DNA from: an uncultured Fibrobacteraceae bacterium
GTDB taxonomy: Bacteria; Krumholzibacteriota; Krumholzibacteriia; LZORAL124-64-63
Length of the DNA: 64,000 nucleotides
Reading direction: 5' to 3'
Assembly: GCA_964399195.1 (NCBI GenBank)
Contig: CAYNPY010000006.1
Location: forward strand, 9,621 to 73,620
Position 1 is the first letter of the stretch. Every line of letters starts with the position of its first letter. A model generated the notes under the pieces. That model was not told the origin of the DNA. It saw nothing but the letters and a program-made list of their open reading frames with translations, and made no database searches. Positions 9,977-17,976 of this stretch are shown here, one piece after another. Made by a program: the position numbers and the translations under genes.

Positions 9977-10663
9977 TCAGCGCCAGACGGCCTTGAGCTG
10001 CGACCAGGTGGTCGTCTGCGCGGCAACGGCGCCGTCGTAGGTGACGACCAGCCGCGGCGGCGCGGGGTGGGCGCCGCCGCCGACGGAAATCCAGGTCTCG
10101 TAGCCGATCTCCGGATAGACCGGGGCCAGCACCAGCCCGGCCTTTGCGGCCCCCGCGGCCACCCACCCCTGCACGGCCGCGGTCACGTCGAACGACAGGT
10201 CGGTGTTGGCGGCCGGGGGATAGAGCACGTCCAGCGCCGTCTCCGGCGTGAGCTCGTCGCGGGCGACCAGGACTTCCAGGCCGGTCGGCTCGTACGCAAA
10301 GGCGCCCAGGTACGTGAAGCCCTCCGAGTCGTCCGAGTAGCCGGTCTTGCGCACCACCAGCACGGCGCTGTGCACCGGGGCCCCGGCCGGCACCGCGCCC
10401 AGGTCGAACTCGAACGAGGCGGCCCACTCGGAGTCGCAGCCCCACGCCTGGCCGCCGATCATCAAGTGCGTCTCACCGCCGGCCACGCCGGCCTTGAAGT
10501 GCGTCTCCCGGGGGCAGGCCCCGGCGCCTTCCTCGCGCTCGTCGTGGCCGCAGAGGGAGGGAGGCAGTGTCACCTCGGCGGCGGTGGCGGCCCGCGCGGC
10601 ACCGGCCAGGCACACGGCGACCATCACGCCGGCGCCCAGACTCTGCAGCTGTCCTCTGGACAT
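9977..10663 (-). CDS. secreted hypothetical protein ending in the ...WSQLKAVWR tail
   Basis: Signal peptide MSRGQLQSLGAGVMVAVCLAGAARA. No confident family assignment. The C-terminal motif is shared with the neighbouring gene. Confidence 0.55.
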   Translation of the reverse strand: MSRGQLQSLGAGVMVAVCLAGAARAATAAEVTLPPSLCGHDEREEGAGACPRETHFKAGVAGGETHLMIGGQAWGCDSEWAASFEFDLGAVPAGAPVHSAVLVVRKTGYSDDSEGFTYLGAFAYEPTGLEVLVARDELTPETALDVLYPPAANTDLSFDVTAAVQGWVAAGAAKAGLVLAPVYPEIGYETWISVGGGAHPAPPRLVVTYDGAVAAQTTTWSQLKAVWR

Positions 10664-10855
10664 GTTCGACACCCCGGCAACGAGGGCACTGGGGACGGAG
10701 GGATCCATTGGCGCCATCATCCACCCGGTCGCGACGGGAGTCAAGATCGCGGTCCCTGGCGGCCGGAAATTGGCGAGCAGGCCCGCTTCCGTGCGAAGCG
10801 GGCCTGCCCGATCATGCTGCGGGACATGCCGCGTTCGAGCGGCTCGTCGCCGGAC

Positions 10856-11521
10856 CTAGCGGAACATCGCCTTCATGGTGCCGAAGGTCTGCGACTCCTC
10901 GCTCACGGCCGAGCTGCACTCGAAGCCCGTGCCCAGCGGATAGACCGACGCGCAGCCGGCGTTCGTCGTGCAGAGGTCGGTGGCGTTGATGCCGCTGAAC
11001 GTCCAGTTGGCCAGCACGAAGGTGCCGCCGTCGGGGCCGGTCATCGTGTTCCGCTTCGCCCACCCGTCCAGGTGGTACCAGGGCAGCGAGGCGCCGGTGC
11101 CGGTCGGGTAGGTGATGTCGCCGAACGTGTCGACCACGATGGGCGAGCCGCCGACCGGGATGTAGAACAGCTCGATGGCGTCGTCGCCGTTGATGGAGAC
11201 CGCCGCGCCGGCGTTGTAGGTGAAGGGAACGCCGAAATAGGTCTGGAAGGAGGCGCCGGCCTCCGAGCTGACGTAGAGGGAGGTGCCGGCGGCCACGAAG
11301 CCGGACGGGAACGTGTACTCGACGCCGTCCGTGCCGCCGCCGTTGCTGGCCGAGCCGATACCGTAGACCGACATGTCCTCGATGTCGTCGCAGGCGTACA
11401 GTTCCACGAGCTTCGGCAGGCCGCCCGTCAACGGACCGTCGAAGACGCCGGTGATCAGCAGCTGGGCGTTGGCGACCGTCGCGAGCGACAGGACAGCGAG
11501 AACCAGGAGCAGTTTCTTCAT
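10856..11521 (-). CDS. secreted protein with a lamin-tail-like (LTD) N-terminal domain, ending in the ...FGTMKAMFR tail
   Basis: AAGGAG RBS. Signal peptide MKKLLLVLAVLSLATVANA. LLITGVFDGPLTGGLPKLVELY resembles the LTD/ExeM-type ITE..G...K.IELYN motif. Confidence 0.6.
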   Translation of the reverse strand: MKKLLLVLAVLSLATVANAQLLITGVFDGPLTGGLPKLVELYACDDIEDMSVYGIGSASNGGGTDGVEYTFPSGFVAAGTSLYVSSEAGASFQTYFGVPFTYNAGAAVSINGDDAIELFYIPVGGSPIVVDTFGDITYPTGTGASLPWYHLDGWAKRNTMTGPDGGTFVLANWTFSGINATDLCTTNAGCASVYPLGTGFECSSAVSEESQTFGTMKAMFR

Positions 11522-12239
11522 GAGTTTTCTCCTTGCGAGCGGGCCGGGCAGGCCCAACTGGGGTACAGACCGCCGCCTCGGGAGCATCTGGTGCGAGGCA
11601 TTCCTCGGCGTGTTCAGAGGATAACACACTGGAAACCATATGCAAAGTCCCCATTTGATCCATGCAAAAAAACGACGAATTCTGCGGTGATTCCCACGCA
11701 TCATACCGTGTCCGTGCGCACTGGCCCGCTCCGGCCGGCAACGGTCAATGGCGGGATATCTCTATATATTGCAGTCGATTGCCGGATCTGATCCTTGCGC
11801 AGGAGTCACCTGCCCCCCCACCCCCGGCCAACTCGAAACTCACCGTCAGGCGTAGGTGACGGTACTCGTCAATGAGCGGCGACGCCGAGTGCCCGAGTGC
11901 GGGCCCGCCTGGCGGTCGGACTGCGGGCGACGGCGTCGGCCGCGCGCACCTCAGTGCCGGCCGGTGCTTCCGTCGCACCATCGCACCGTGGCTCCGTCGC
12001 CGATCGCCGGGCGCGCGAGGTCGAAATCAACCAGGCTGCGCCTGGCAATGCATGTCGGGGTCAACGAGCGCGGCTCCTGCGGAAGACCCGGCGCGCCGCC
12101 GCGCGAGCGGCCGACCCCCAAAAAAATGGCTTCCAGACGCGGATTTTGGTAACACCTCGCGCTGGAATGCGCTAGATTCCCGCCGTTCGTGGAAGCCCTC
12201 CAGCTTCCGACAGCGCTGACTTAAGGAGGAACAAGCGCA

Positions 12240-12605
12240 ATGGCTACCAAGAAGAAGACCAAGGCTGCGGCCAAGAAGGCCCCGGCGAAGAAGGCTCCGG
12301 CCGGCAACAAGCCGCCCACGAAGGGCGAGGTCTACCGCGAGATCGCGGCCAAGACCGGCATGACCCGCAAGGATGTCGTGGGCGTGTGCGACGCGCTGAC
12401 CGAGATCATGACGAAGTCGGTCAAGAAGCACGGCGCGTTCAACTACCTCGGCCTGATGAAGCTGACGCTGGTCAAGAAGCCGGCGATCGCCGGCGGCAAG
12501 CTCGTGAAGAACCCCTTCACCGGCGAGATGGTCAAGCAGAAGCCGCGTCCGGCTTCGCGCTCGGTCCGCGTGCGCCCGATGAAGAACCTGAAGGACATGC
12601 TGTAG
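12240..12605 (+). CDS. HU/IHF family nucleoid protein with a Lys/Ala-rich N-terminal extension
   Basis: AAGGAGG RBS. The core (GEVYREIAAKTGMTRKDVVGVCDALTEIM...NPFTGEMV..KP....VRVRPMK) matches the HU fold. It is preceded by MATKKKTKAAAKKAPAKKAPAGNKPPTK. Confidence 0.9.
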   Translation: MATKKKTKAAAKKAPAKKAPAGNKPPTKGEVYREIAAKTGMTRKDVVGVCDALTEIMTKSVKKHGAFNYLGLMKLTLVKKPAIAGGKLVKNPFTGEMVKQKPRPASRSVRVRPMKNLKDML

Positions 12606-12685
12606 GCTCCGGATTCCCCGGAGCCGGGCGGCCCGGATGGAACCTGCAGGCGAACGACCCCCGCGGCCCGGCCCGGGGGTCGTTC
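12605..12685 (+). terminator. two tandem GC hairpins downstream of the HU gene
   Basis: First hairpin: GGCTCCGG-ATTCC-CCGGAGCC (12605-12625). Second hairpin: GAACGACCCCCG-(10 nt)-CGGGGGTCGTTC (12652-12685, 12-bp stem). No U-tract follows. Confidence 0.5.
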
Positions 12686-12743
12686 CGTCGGCGGCACGCC
12701 GCCGGGCGCTGGCGCGGCGGCAGCTGCGCGACGGGAGGCCACC

Positions 12744-13205
12744 ATGATCTCGCGCCGCACGAAGTATGCGCTCCAGGCGCTCGGCCGGCTGGCGGCAAGC
12801 CCCGCCGGCGAGCCCGTGCTCATCGCCGACCTGGCGGCGCACGAGCGCATCCCCCGCAAGTACCTCGAGGCCATCCTGGTCACGCTGCGCAAGGGCGGCG
12901 TGCTGCAGAGCCGCGTCGGCCGCGGCGGCGGCTACCAGCTGGCGCTGCCCGCCGCCGAGATCACGCTGGAGCGCGTGGTGCGCCTGCTCGAGGGCGAGTT
13001 CGCGCCGCTGCCGTGCCTGACCGATGACGACCCGGTGCGCTGCGAGGAGTGCGACGACCTGGCCACCTGCGGCACGCGCCTGGTCATGGCCGACGTCAAG
13101 CTCGCGGTCACCTCGACGCTCGCGGCGTTGACGGTCACCGACCTGGTCGAGCGCTCGCGCGAAGCGGCGGCGCGGCGGCGCGGAGCGGTCGATTTTTCCA
13201 TCTAG
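12744..13205 (+). CDS. Rrf2 family transcriptional regulator (CymR/IscR-like)
   Basis: MISRRTKYALQAL...IPRKYLEAILVTLRKGGVLQSRVGRGGGYQLA is the winged-helix signature. It sits directly upstream of cysK. Confidence 0.9.
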   Translation: MISRRTKYALQALGRLAASPAGEPVLIADLAAHERIPRKYLEAILVTLRKGGVLQSRVGRGGGYQLALPAAEITLERVVRLLEGEFAPLPCLTDDDPVRCEECDDLATCGTRLVMADVKLAVTSTLAALTVTDLVERSREAAARRRGAVDFSI

Positions 13206-13224
13206 CGGCTGGCCGTGTTTTGTC

Positions 13225-13255
13225 TATAATATCTGTAGGAATTTTTCCATATCTG
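13225..13255 (+). promoter_or_regulatory. AT-rich cysK leader with a TATAAT box and two ATATCTG direct repeats
   Basis: TATAAT at 13225-13230. ATATCTG occurs at 13229-13235 and 13249-13255. This is the only AT-rich patch between the Rrf2 gene and cysK. No good -35 element was seen. Confidence 0.3.
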
Positions 13256-13268
13256 CGGAGGTCTCTTA

Positions 13269-14222
13269 ATGGCAAGGATTTACGACAACGCCTCCGCCTC
13301 CATCGGCAACACGCCGCTGGTGCGCTTGAACCGCGTCGTCCCCGGCGCCAAGGCCATCCTGCTGGGCAAGGTCGAGGGCCGCAACCCGGCCTTCTCGGTC
13401 AAGTGCCGCATCGGGGCGAACATGGTCTGGGACGCCGAGAAGCGCGGCGCCCTGAGGCCGGGCGTCGAGATCATCGAGCCGACCAGCGGCAACACCGGCA
13501 TCGCGCTGGCCTTCGTGGCCGCCTCGCGCGGCTACCCGATCACGCTGACGATGCCCGAGACGATGAGCCTCGAGCGCCGGCGCGTGCTGGCGGCGCTGGG
13601 GGCAACGCTGATCCTGACCCCGGGCGCCGACGGGATGAAGGGCGCCATCGCGAAGGCGGAACAGATCGCCGCCGGGGATCCGGGGCGCTGGTTCCTGCCG
13701 CAGCAGTTCCGCAACCCGGCCAACCCCGCGATCCACGAGCAGACGACCGGGCCGGAGATCTGGAACGACACCGACGGCGCCGTCGACGTGCTGGTTTCCG
13801 GCGTGGGCACCGGCGGCACCATCACCGGCGTTTCGCGCTACATCAAGCGCACGAAGGGCAAGGCCATCCTGTCGGTCGCGGTGGAGCCGGAGGAATCGCC
13901 CGTCATCACGCAGAAGCTCGCCGGCCAGACCCTGCAGCCCGGGCCGCACAAGATCCAGGGCATCGGCGCGGGATTCATCCCGGACACGCTGGACCTCGCC
14001 ATGGTCGACCGCGTGGAGCGCGTGTCCAGCGCCGAAGCGCTCGAGTCCGCCCGGCGCGTCGCGCGCGAGGAGGGCCTGCTGGTGGGCATCTCGTGCGGCG
14101 CGGCGGTGGCCGCGGCGGCGCGGCTGGCCGTCGACGAAGCCTTCGCCGGCAAGACGATCGTCGTCGTGCTGCCGGACCTGGCCGAGCGCTACCTGTCGAC
14201 GGCGCTGTTCGAGGGGATCTAG
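13269..14222 (+). CDS. cysK: cysteine synthase A (O-acetylserine sulfhydrylase)
   Basis: [11 protein letters not shown], the PLP lysine motif [23 protein letters not shown] and [10 protein letters not shown] are all present. Confidence 0.95.
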   Translation: MARIYDNASASIGNTPLVRLNRVVPGAKAILLGKVEGRNPAFSVKCRIGANMVWDAEKRGALRPGVEIIEPTSGNTGIALAFVAASRGYPITLTMPETMSLERRRVLAALGATLILTPGADGMKGAIAKAEQIAAGDPGRWFLPQQFRNPANPAIHEQTTGPEIWNDTDGAVDVLVSGVGTGGTITGVSRYIKRTKGKAILSVAVEPEESPVITQKLAGQTLQPGPHKIQGIGAGFIPDTLDLAMVDRVERVSSAEALESARRVAREEGLLVGISCGAAVAAAARLAVDEAFAGKTIVVVLPDLAERYLSTALFEGI

Positions 14223-14229
14223 CCCGGCT

Positions 14230-14265
14230 CATGGCGGGCCATGCCCGCCCGGCATGGCCGCCATG
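14230..14265 (+). terminator. strong hairpin after cysK
   Basis: CATGGCGG-g-CCATGCC-(5 nt)-GGCATGG-CCGCCATG forms a 15-bp stem with one bulge. Confidence 0.45.
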
Positions 14266-14394
14266 CGGATCATTCATTTTCGGCTCGACCGGGCCGCCGA
14301 TATCATCCTTGCTGCAGGTTCGTCCCTGCCGCCACGCTACCGGCCGACCGTCGGCCCGGCGGGCGCAGCGCACAACAGCGACAAGGAGTTTCCC

Positions 14395-14721
14395 ATGTTC
14401 AGGCGTCTGGCATTCGTCATGATCCTGGCCGGCATCGGCGCCGCGGCGGCGCTGGCCGCCCCGCTGCCCGGCAAGGTGCATTCCGCGTCCGCGGACACGC
14501 TGGTCGTGGTCGTCGACCTCGAGAACGTCGACTGGGTGAAGGTCGGCAAGCCGGTCCGCCTGATGGACGCGGACAAGGGCGCGCTCGTCGGCAAGAGCAC
14601 CGTCATCGCCATCGCCGACTCCACCGTCACCGTCGTGGCCCCCAAGGGCAAGGCGAAGAACCTGAAGCCCGGCAGTTCGGTGACCATGGAGAAGCCGAGA
14701 GCCGGCATGGCCGGCTGCTAG
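14395..14721 (+). CDS. small exported protein ending in ...AGMAGC (terminal Cys)
   Basis: AAGGAG RBS 6 nt upstream. Signal peptide MFRRLAFVMILAGIGAAAALAAP. About 85 aa of beta-rich mature part. The last residue is Cys. Confidence 0.55.
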   Translation: MFRRLAFVMILAGIGAAAALAAPLPGKVHSASADTLVVVVDLENVDWVKVGKPVRLMDADKGALVGKSTVIAIADSTVTVVAPKGKAKNLKPGSSVTMEKPRAGMAGC

Positions 14722-14820
14722 CGAGGCGGCCGCCGGGACCCCGCGTCGGCCACCCTCCTGGCGGCGCGGCGGTCCCGGACCTGCACGACAGGCTTTCTCC
14801 CCAACCGCGAGGGAAGACCC

Positions 14821-16179
14821 ATGACCAGGAGATTCCAGTTGCCGGCGACGCTCGCGCTGCTGGCGGCGCTGGCGTTTGCTCAGGCAGCGGCAGCCCCGGC
14901 GCCCGCCGGCGTCGGCCGCGACCAGACACTGGCCGGGCAACCCAAGGCGAACTCCATCGCCGAGCTGGTGGCCCGCTACGATTCGCGTTCGTGCATCGAG
15001 TGCCACCAGGACGCCCACGACCAGTGGAACGAGTCCGCGCACGCGCGCTCGATCTTCGGCACCGGGCGCACCGCCCTGACCTTCCGCACGGCCATCAGCA
15101 ACGGACTGCTGGAGTGGGAAGCCTCGGGCGTCAAGGACGTCAAGGACCTGCGCGTCGAGCACCTGATGGGCTGCGCCAAGTGCCACCTCCCGCAGCTGGC
15201 CGACGCCACCGACAAGGTGGCCCGGGAGATCGTCGCCACGATCGACGCCTGGCGCGCGGCGATGGAGGAGGAGGACGAGGCGGCGATGGAGAAGCACGCC
15301 GCCACGCTGACCTCGCTCAACATCAACTGCCTGGTCTGCCACAACCGCAACGCCATCACGCACAAGTGGAGCGACGGCTATCCGCGCCGCGACACCGTGT
15401 ACGGCCTGAGCGGCGAGGGCGAGCACCCGGACGACAAGTTCACCGCGATGAAGCCCAGCCCGGTCATGTCCGAGTCGATCTTCTGCGGGCAGTGCCACGG
15501 CCTGGGGCCGAACTTCGACCAGGAGAACCCCACGCAGTGCGCCACCGGCTACGGCAGCTACCTGTTCGCCTACGTTCCGGAGGGCGGCACGCAGACCTGC
15601 GTCGAGTGCCACATGCGCGACTCGGGCCTGGGCCACAACATGCAGAGCTACCAGGCGAAGGTCATGTCGGACGCGGCCGTCGAGATGCACGTCGACGCCA
15701 AGGCCATCGTCTGGCGCGACGTGTCGACGATGCGCCCGAAGGCGACGGTGAAGGTGGAACTGACCAACCGCGCTGGGCACGGCATCCCGGACGGCTGACC
15801 CACCCCCAACCGACTGGTGCTGTCGGTTTCCGCGGTCGACAAGAACGGCAACGACGTCTTCAACGCCGAGCGCGTGTTCATGCCCGTCCCGCAGCGCCTC
15901 GGGCGCGGCGATCGCATGGGACGCGGCCCCTACGAGAAGAGCGGCCTGCTGCAGGACAGCAGCCTGCCGCCGCTGCGCACGGTCGCCACGAACTGGGACA
16001 TCTTCTTCCCCGTGGAGGAGAACGAGGACGGCGACGAGGTCGTCCGCACCTATCCCAGCGACACCCTCGACATCACCGTGAAGCTGTGGTACCTGCCTTA
16101 CGGCGTGCAGGACGACGATTTCGCGGTGGTCTGGCGCGAGGAGACGCACACGGTGAAGTTCGATCCGGAAGGCCTGTAG
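14821..16179 (+). CDS. pentaheme c-type cytochrome, candidate selenoprotein (in-frame UGA = codon 326, read through to 16179)
   Basis: Signal peptide present. Five CxxCH motifs (CIECH, CAKCH, CLVCH, CGQCH, CVECH). TGA at 15796-15798. The downstream ORF 15817-16179 is in the same frame and has no SD. A SECIS-like hairpin follows immediately. If the UGA is a true stop, the CDS is 14821-15798. Confidence 0.65.
15796..15828 (+). promoter_or_regulatory. UGA plus SECIS-like stem-loop (candidate selenocysteine insertion element)
   Basis: UGA-cccaccccc-AACCGAC-UGGUGCU-GUCGGUU. The stem is 7 bp and perfect (15808-15814 with 15822-15828). The apical loop begins 16 nt after the UGA and contains GGU. 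Confidence 0.6.
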
Positions 16180-16224
16180 GCAGGTCTCCCGCGGCGCGAC
16201 TGTCGCCGGGGCGATTCTTCCGGG

Positions 16225-16256
16225 GACCGGCGCCGCGCAGGCGCCGGTCCTCGTTT
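16225..16256. terminator. bidirectional rho-independent-type terminator
   Basis: GACCGGCGCC-GCGCA-GGCGCCGGTC (10-bp stem) is followed by CTCGTTT. It lies between the convergent cytochrome and apbE genes. Confidence 0.65.
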
Positions 16257-17272
16257 CAGCGGCCGTCCAGGCGCAGCGTGTCCCAACCCCCGCCCTCGCG
16301 CTGGACCACGAAGACCGCGACCGCGCCGCGGTGGCGGGCCAGCAGCGCCGGCGCCCCGTCCGGACCGAGTACGAACAGCGCGGTCGACAGCGCGTCGGCC
16401 TCCAGGCCGGTCGGCGCGATGACGGTGACGCTGCCCGCGCGCGCCGACGGCAGGCCGGTGCGCGGGTCCAGGATGTGGCCGCGGCGGCGGCCCGCCACCT
16501 CGACGAAGCGCTCGTACTGCCCGGAGGTGGCCACGGCCGCATCCTTGACGGTCACCGCGCCGACGACGGCATCCGGGTCGTCCGGCGCCACGATCGCCAC
16601 CGGCCGCTCCCCGTGGCCGAACACCATGAGGTTGCCGCCCAGGTCGAGCACGCCCGCGGCGGCGCCGGCGGCGATCATGGCCCGGCGCGCGGCGTCCAGC
16701 GCGTGGCCCTTGGCGATGCCCCCCAGGTCCAGCGCCACCCCCGCGCGCGCGAAGGCGATCGTGCCGGCGACGGTGTCGACGCGGACGTGCCGCGCTCCGG
16801 TCACGGCGAGCAGTCCGGCCAGTTCGTCGGCGGCGGGCTCGCGCGCCGGCCCGCCGTGCAGGCCCCACGCGCGCAGCAGCGGCAGCACCGTCGGGTCGAA
16901 GGCGCCGCCGGAGGCCTCGGCCACCCGCAGGGCTGCCGCCACGACCTGCAGCAGGTCGGCCGGCGCGGCCACCGGCGCGGTCGCGGCCCCCGCGTTCACG
17001 CGCGCCAGGTCCGAGTCGTCGCGCCAGGTGCTCATCCGCGCGTCGACCTGCGCGAAGGCCTCCCACGCCGCGTCGAGAGCCGCCAGGGCGGTGGCCGAGT
17101 CGGGCGCCGCCGCGCGCACGACGGCGACGGTGCCCATCACGTAGCGGGATTCCTCGCGTTCGGCGGCCGTCGGCGCGGGCGGAGCCGCCGCGGCGCGCGC
17201 CGGCGCGGCCGGCGCGGCCAGCGCGGCCAGCGCGCAGATCAACAGCGCCGCCTGCCGGTTCCGCGCGCTCAC
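16256..17272 (-). CDS. apbE: FAD:protein FMN transferase (flavin transferase ApbE), exported
   Basis: Signal or lipoprotein-like N-terminus. YVMGT, AFDPTV, LDLGGIAKG, ATSGQYER and ILDPRTG are ApbE family motifs. Confidence 0.9.
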   Translation of the reverse strand: MSARNRQAALLICALAALAAPAAPARAAAAPPAPTAAEREESRYVMGTVAVVRAAAPDSATALAALDAAWEAFAQVDARMSTWRDDSDLARVNAGAATAPVAAPADLLQVVAAALRVAEASGGAFDPTVLPLLRAWGLHGGPAREPAADELAGLLAVTGARHVRVDTVAGTIAFARAGVALDLGGIAKGHALDAARRAMIAAGAAAGVLDLGGNLMVFGHGERPVAIVAPDDPDAVVGAVTVKDAAVATSGQYERFVEVAGRRRGHILDPRTGLPSARAGSVTVIAPTGLEADALSTALFVLGPDGAPALLARHRGAVAVFVVQREGGGWDTLRLDGR

Positions 17273-17976
17273 GAGTGGTGGCGCTTCCGGTGGTGCCGCC
17301 GCGCGCGCACGGCGAGCGCGACGCCGGTGGCCAGCACCGCCACGAACAGCAGCGCGGCGACGTCGTACAACCGGGGCATGAGCGGCAGGCCCCAGTGCCC
17401 CGAATGCAGGCGCCGGACGGCCAGGCGCAGCCGGTCGCCGCGGGTGGGTTCGACGTGCCAGAGCGAGGTCCAGCGCGCGCCTTCACCCTCGCCGAGCGGG
17501 TCGCCGAGCCAGGCGGACTGAGCGGTGGCCACCACCGGCCGGCCGTCGGCGGTCACGGTCAGGGCGAGCGGCGGGTCGTCGGGTCCGGCGCCCGGCGGCA
17601 GGTCGCGCCGCTCCCAGACTTCGCCGCCGTCCGCGCTGGCCAGCAGCTCGGTGGCGCCCAGCAGCCACACGGTGCCGAAAGGCGGCGGCGCGAACGCCGC
17701 GGCCACCGGCGCGTCGGGCGCCGCGGACAGGGGCAGCTCGTTCCAGCTGGCGCCGCCGTCGCGCGATTCCTCGAGCAGGGCCGGCGACGCGCGCAGCAGC
17801 CGCCCGGCAACGGACGGGTCCGCCGCCACGACGCGCGGCGGCAGTGCGCCCCGCCCCAGCCAGCCCGGGTGCTGCAGCGCCAGCCCGGTGGCGACCATCA
17901 GCAGCGCGCCGGCCGCCAGGAACAGGCCCAGCTTCTCGTGCGCGCCGCGCAGCCGCCGCTTGTGCCGGCTGCTCAC
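17269..17976 (-). CDS. PepSY-TM-like membrane protein with BNR/Asp-box repeats in the periplasmic loop
   Basis: GTG start overlaps the upstream TGA (GTGA) and is preceded by GGAGGA. N-terminal TM helix. Two S-x-D-G-G-x-x-W boxes (SRDGGASWN, SADGGEVWE). C-terminal LHSGHWGLPLMPRLYDVAALLFVAVLATG is PepSY-associated-TM-like. Confidence 0.6.
   Translation of the reverse strand: MSSRHKRRLRGAHEKLGLFLAAGALLMVATGLALQHPGWLGRGALPPRVVAADPSVAGRLLRASPALLEESRDGGASWNELPLSAAPDAPVAAAFAPPPFGTVWLLGATELLASADGGEVWERRDLPPGAGPDDPPLALTVTADGRPVVATAQSAWLGDPLGEGEGARWTSLWHVEPTRGDRLRLAVRRLHSGHWGLPLMPRLYDVAALLFVAVLATGVALAVRARRHHRKRHHS

Noticed and set aside
9089..11791. Very long alternative-frame or antisense ORFs. Examples: 9089-11791 (+, 900 aa), 1051-2457 (+), 2343-3680 (-), 13975-16542 (-), 14241-17144 (+), 27720-31142 (-, 1140 aa), 35760-38534 (-), 39132-41867 (-), 49931-52648 (+), 52820-55885 (+).
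   Set aside because: Their translations are Arg/Ala/Gly/Pro/His-rich low-complexity strings with no motifs. Each one overlaps a gene on another frame or strand that has clear family signatures. At about 70% GC, stop codons are rare in non-coding frames, so long spurious ORFs are expected.
15817..16179. Treating 15817-16179 as an independent 120-aa gene after a genuine TGA stop.
   Set aside because: It is kept only as the fallback. It shares the frame of the upstream cytochrome, has no Shine-Dalgarno sequence, and its GTG lies inside the hairpin loop. The junction sequence reads as one continuous domain. The Sec read-through model explains more, but it is not proven.
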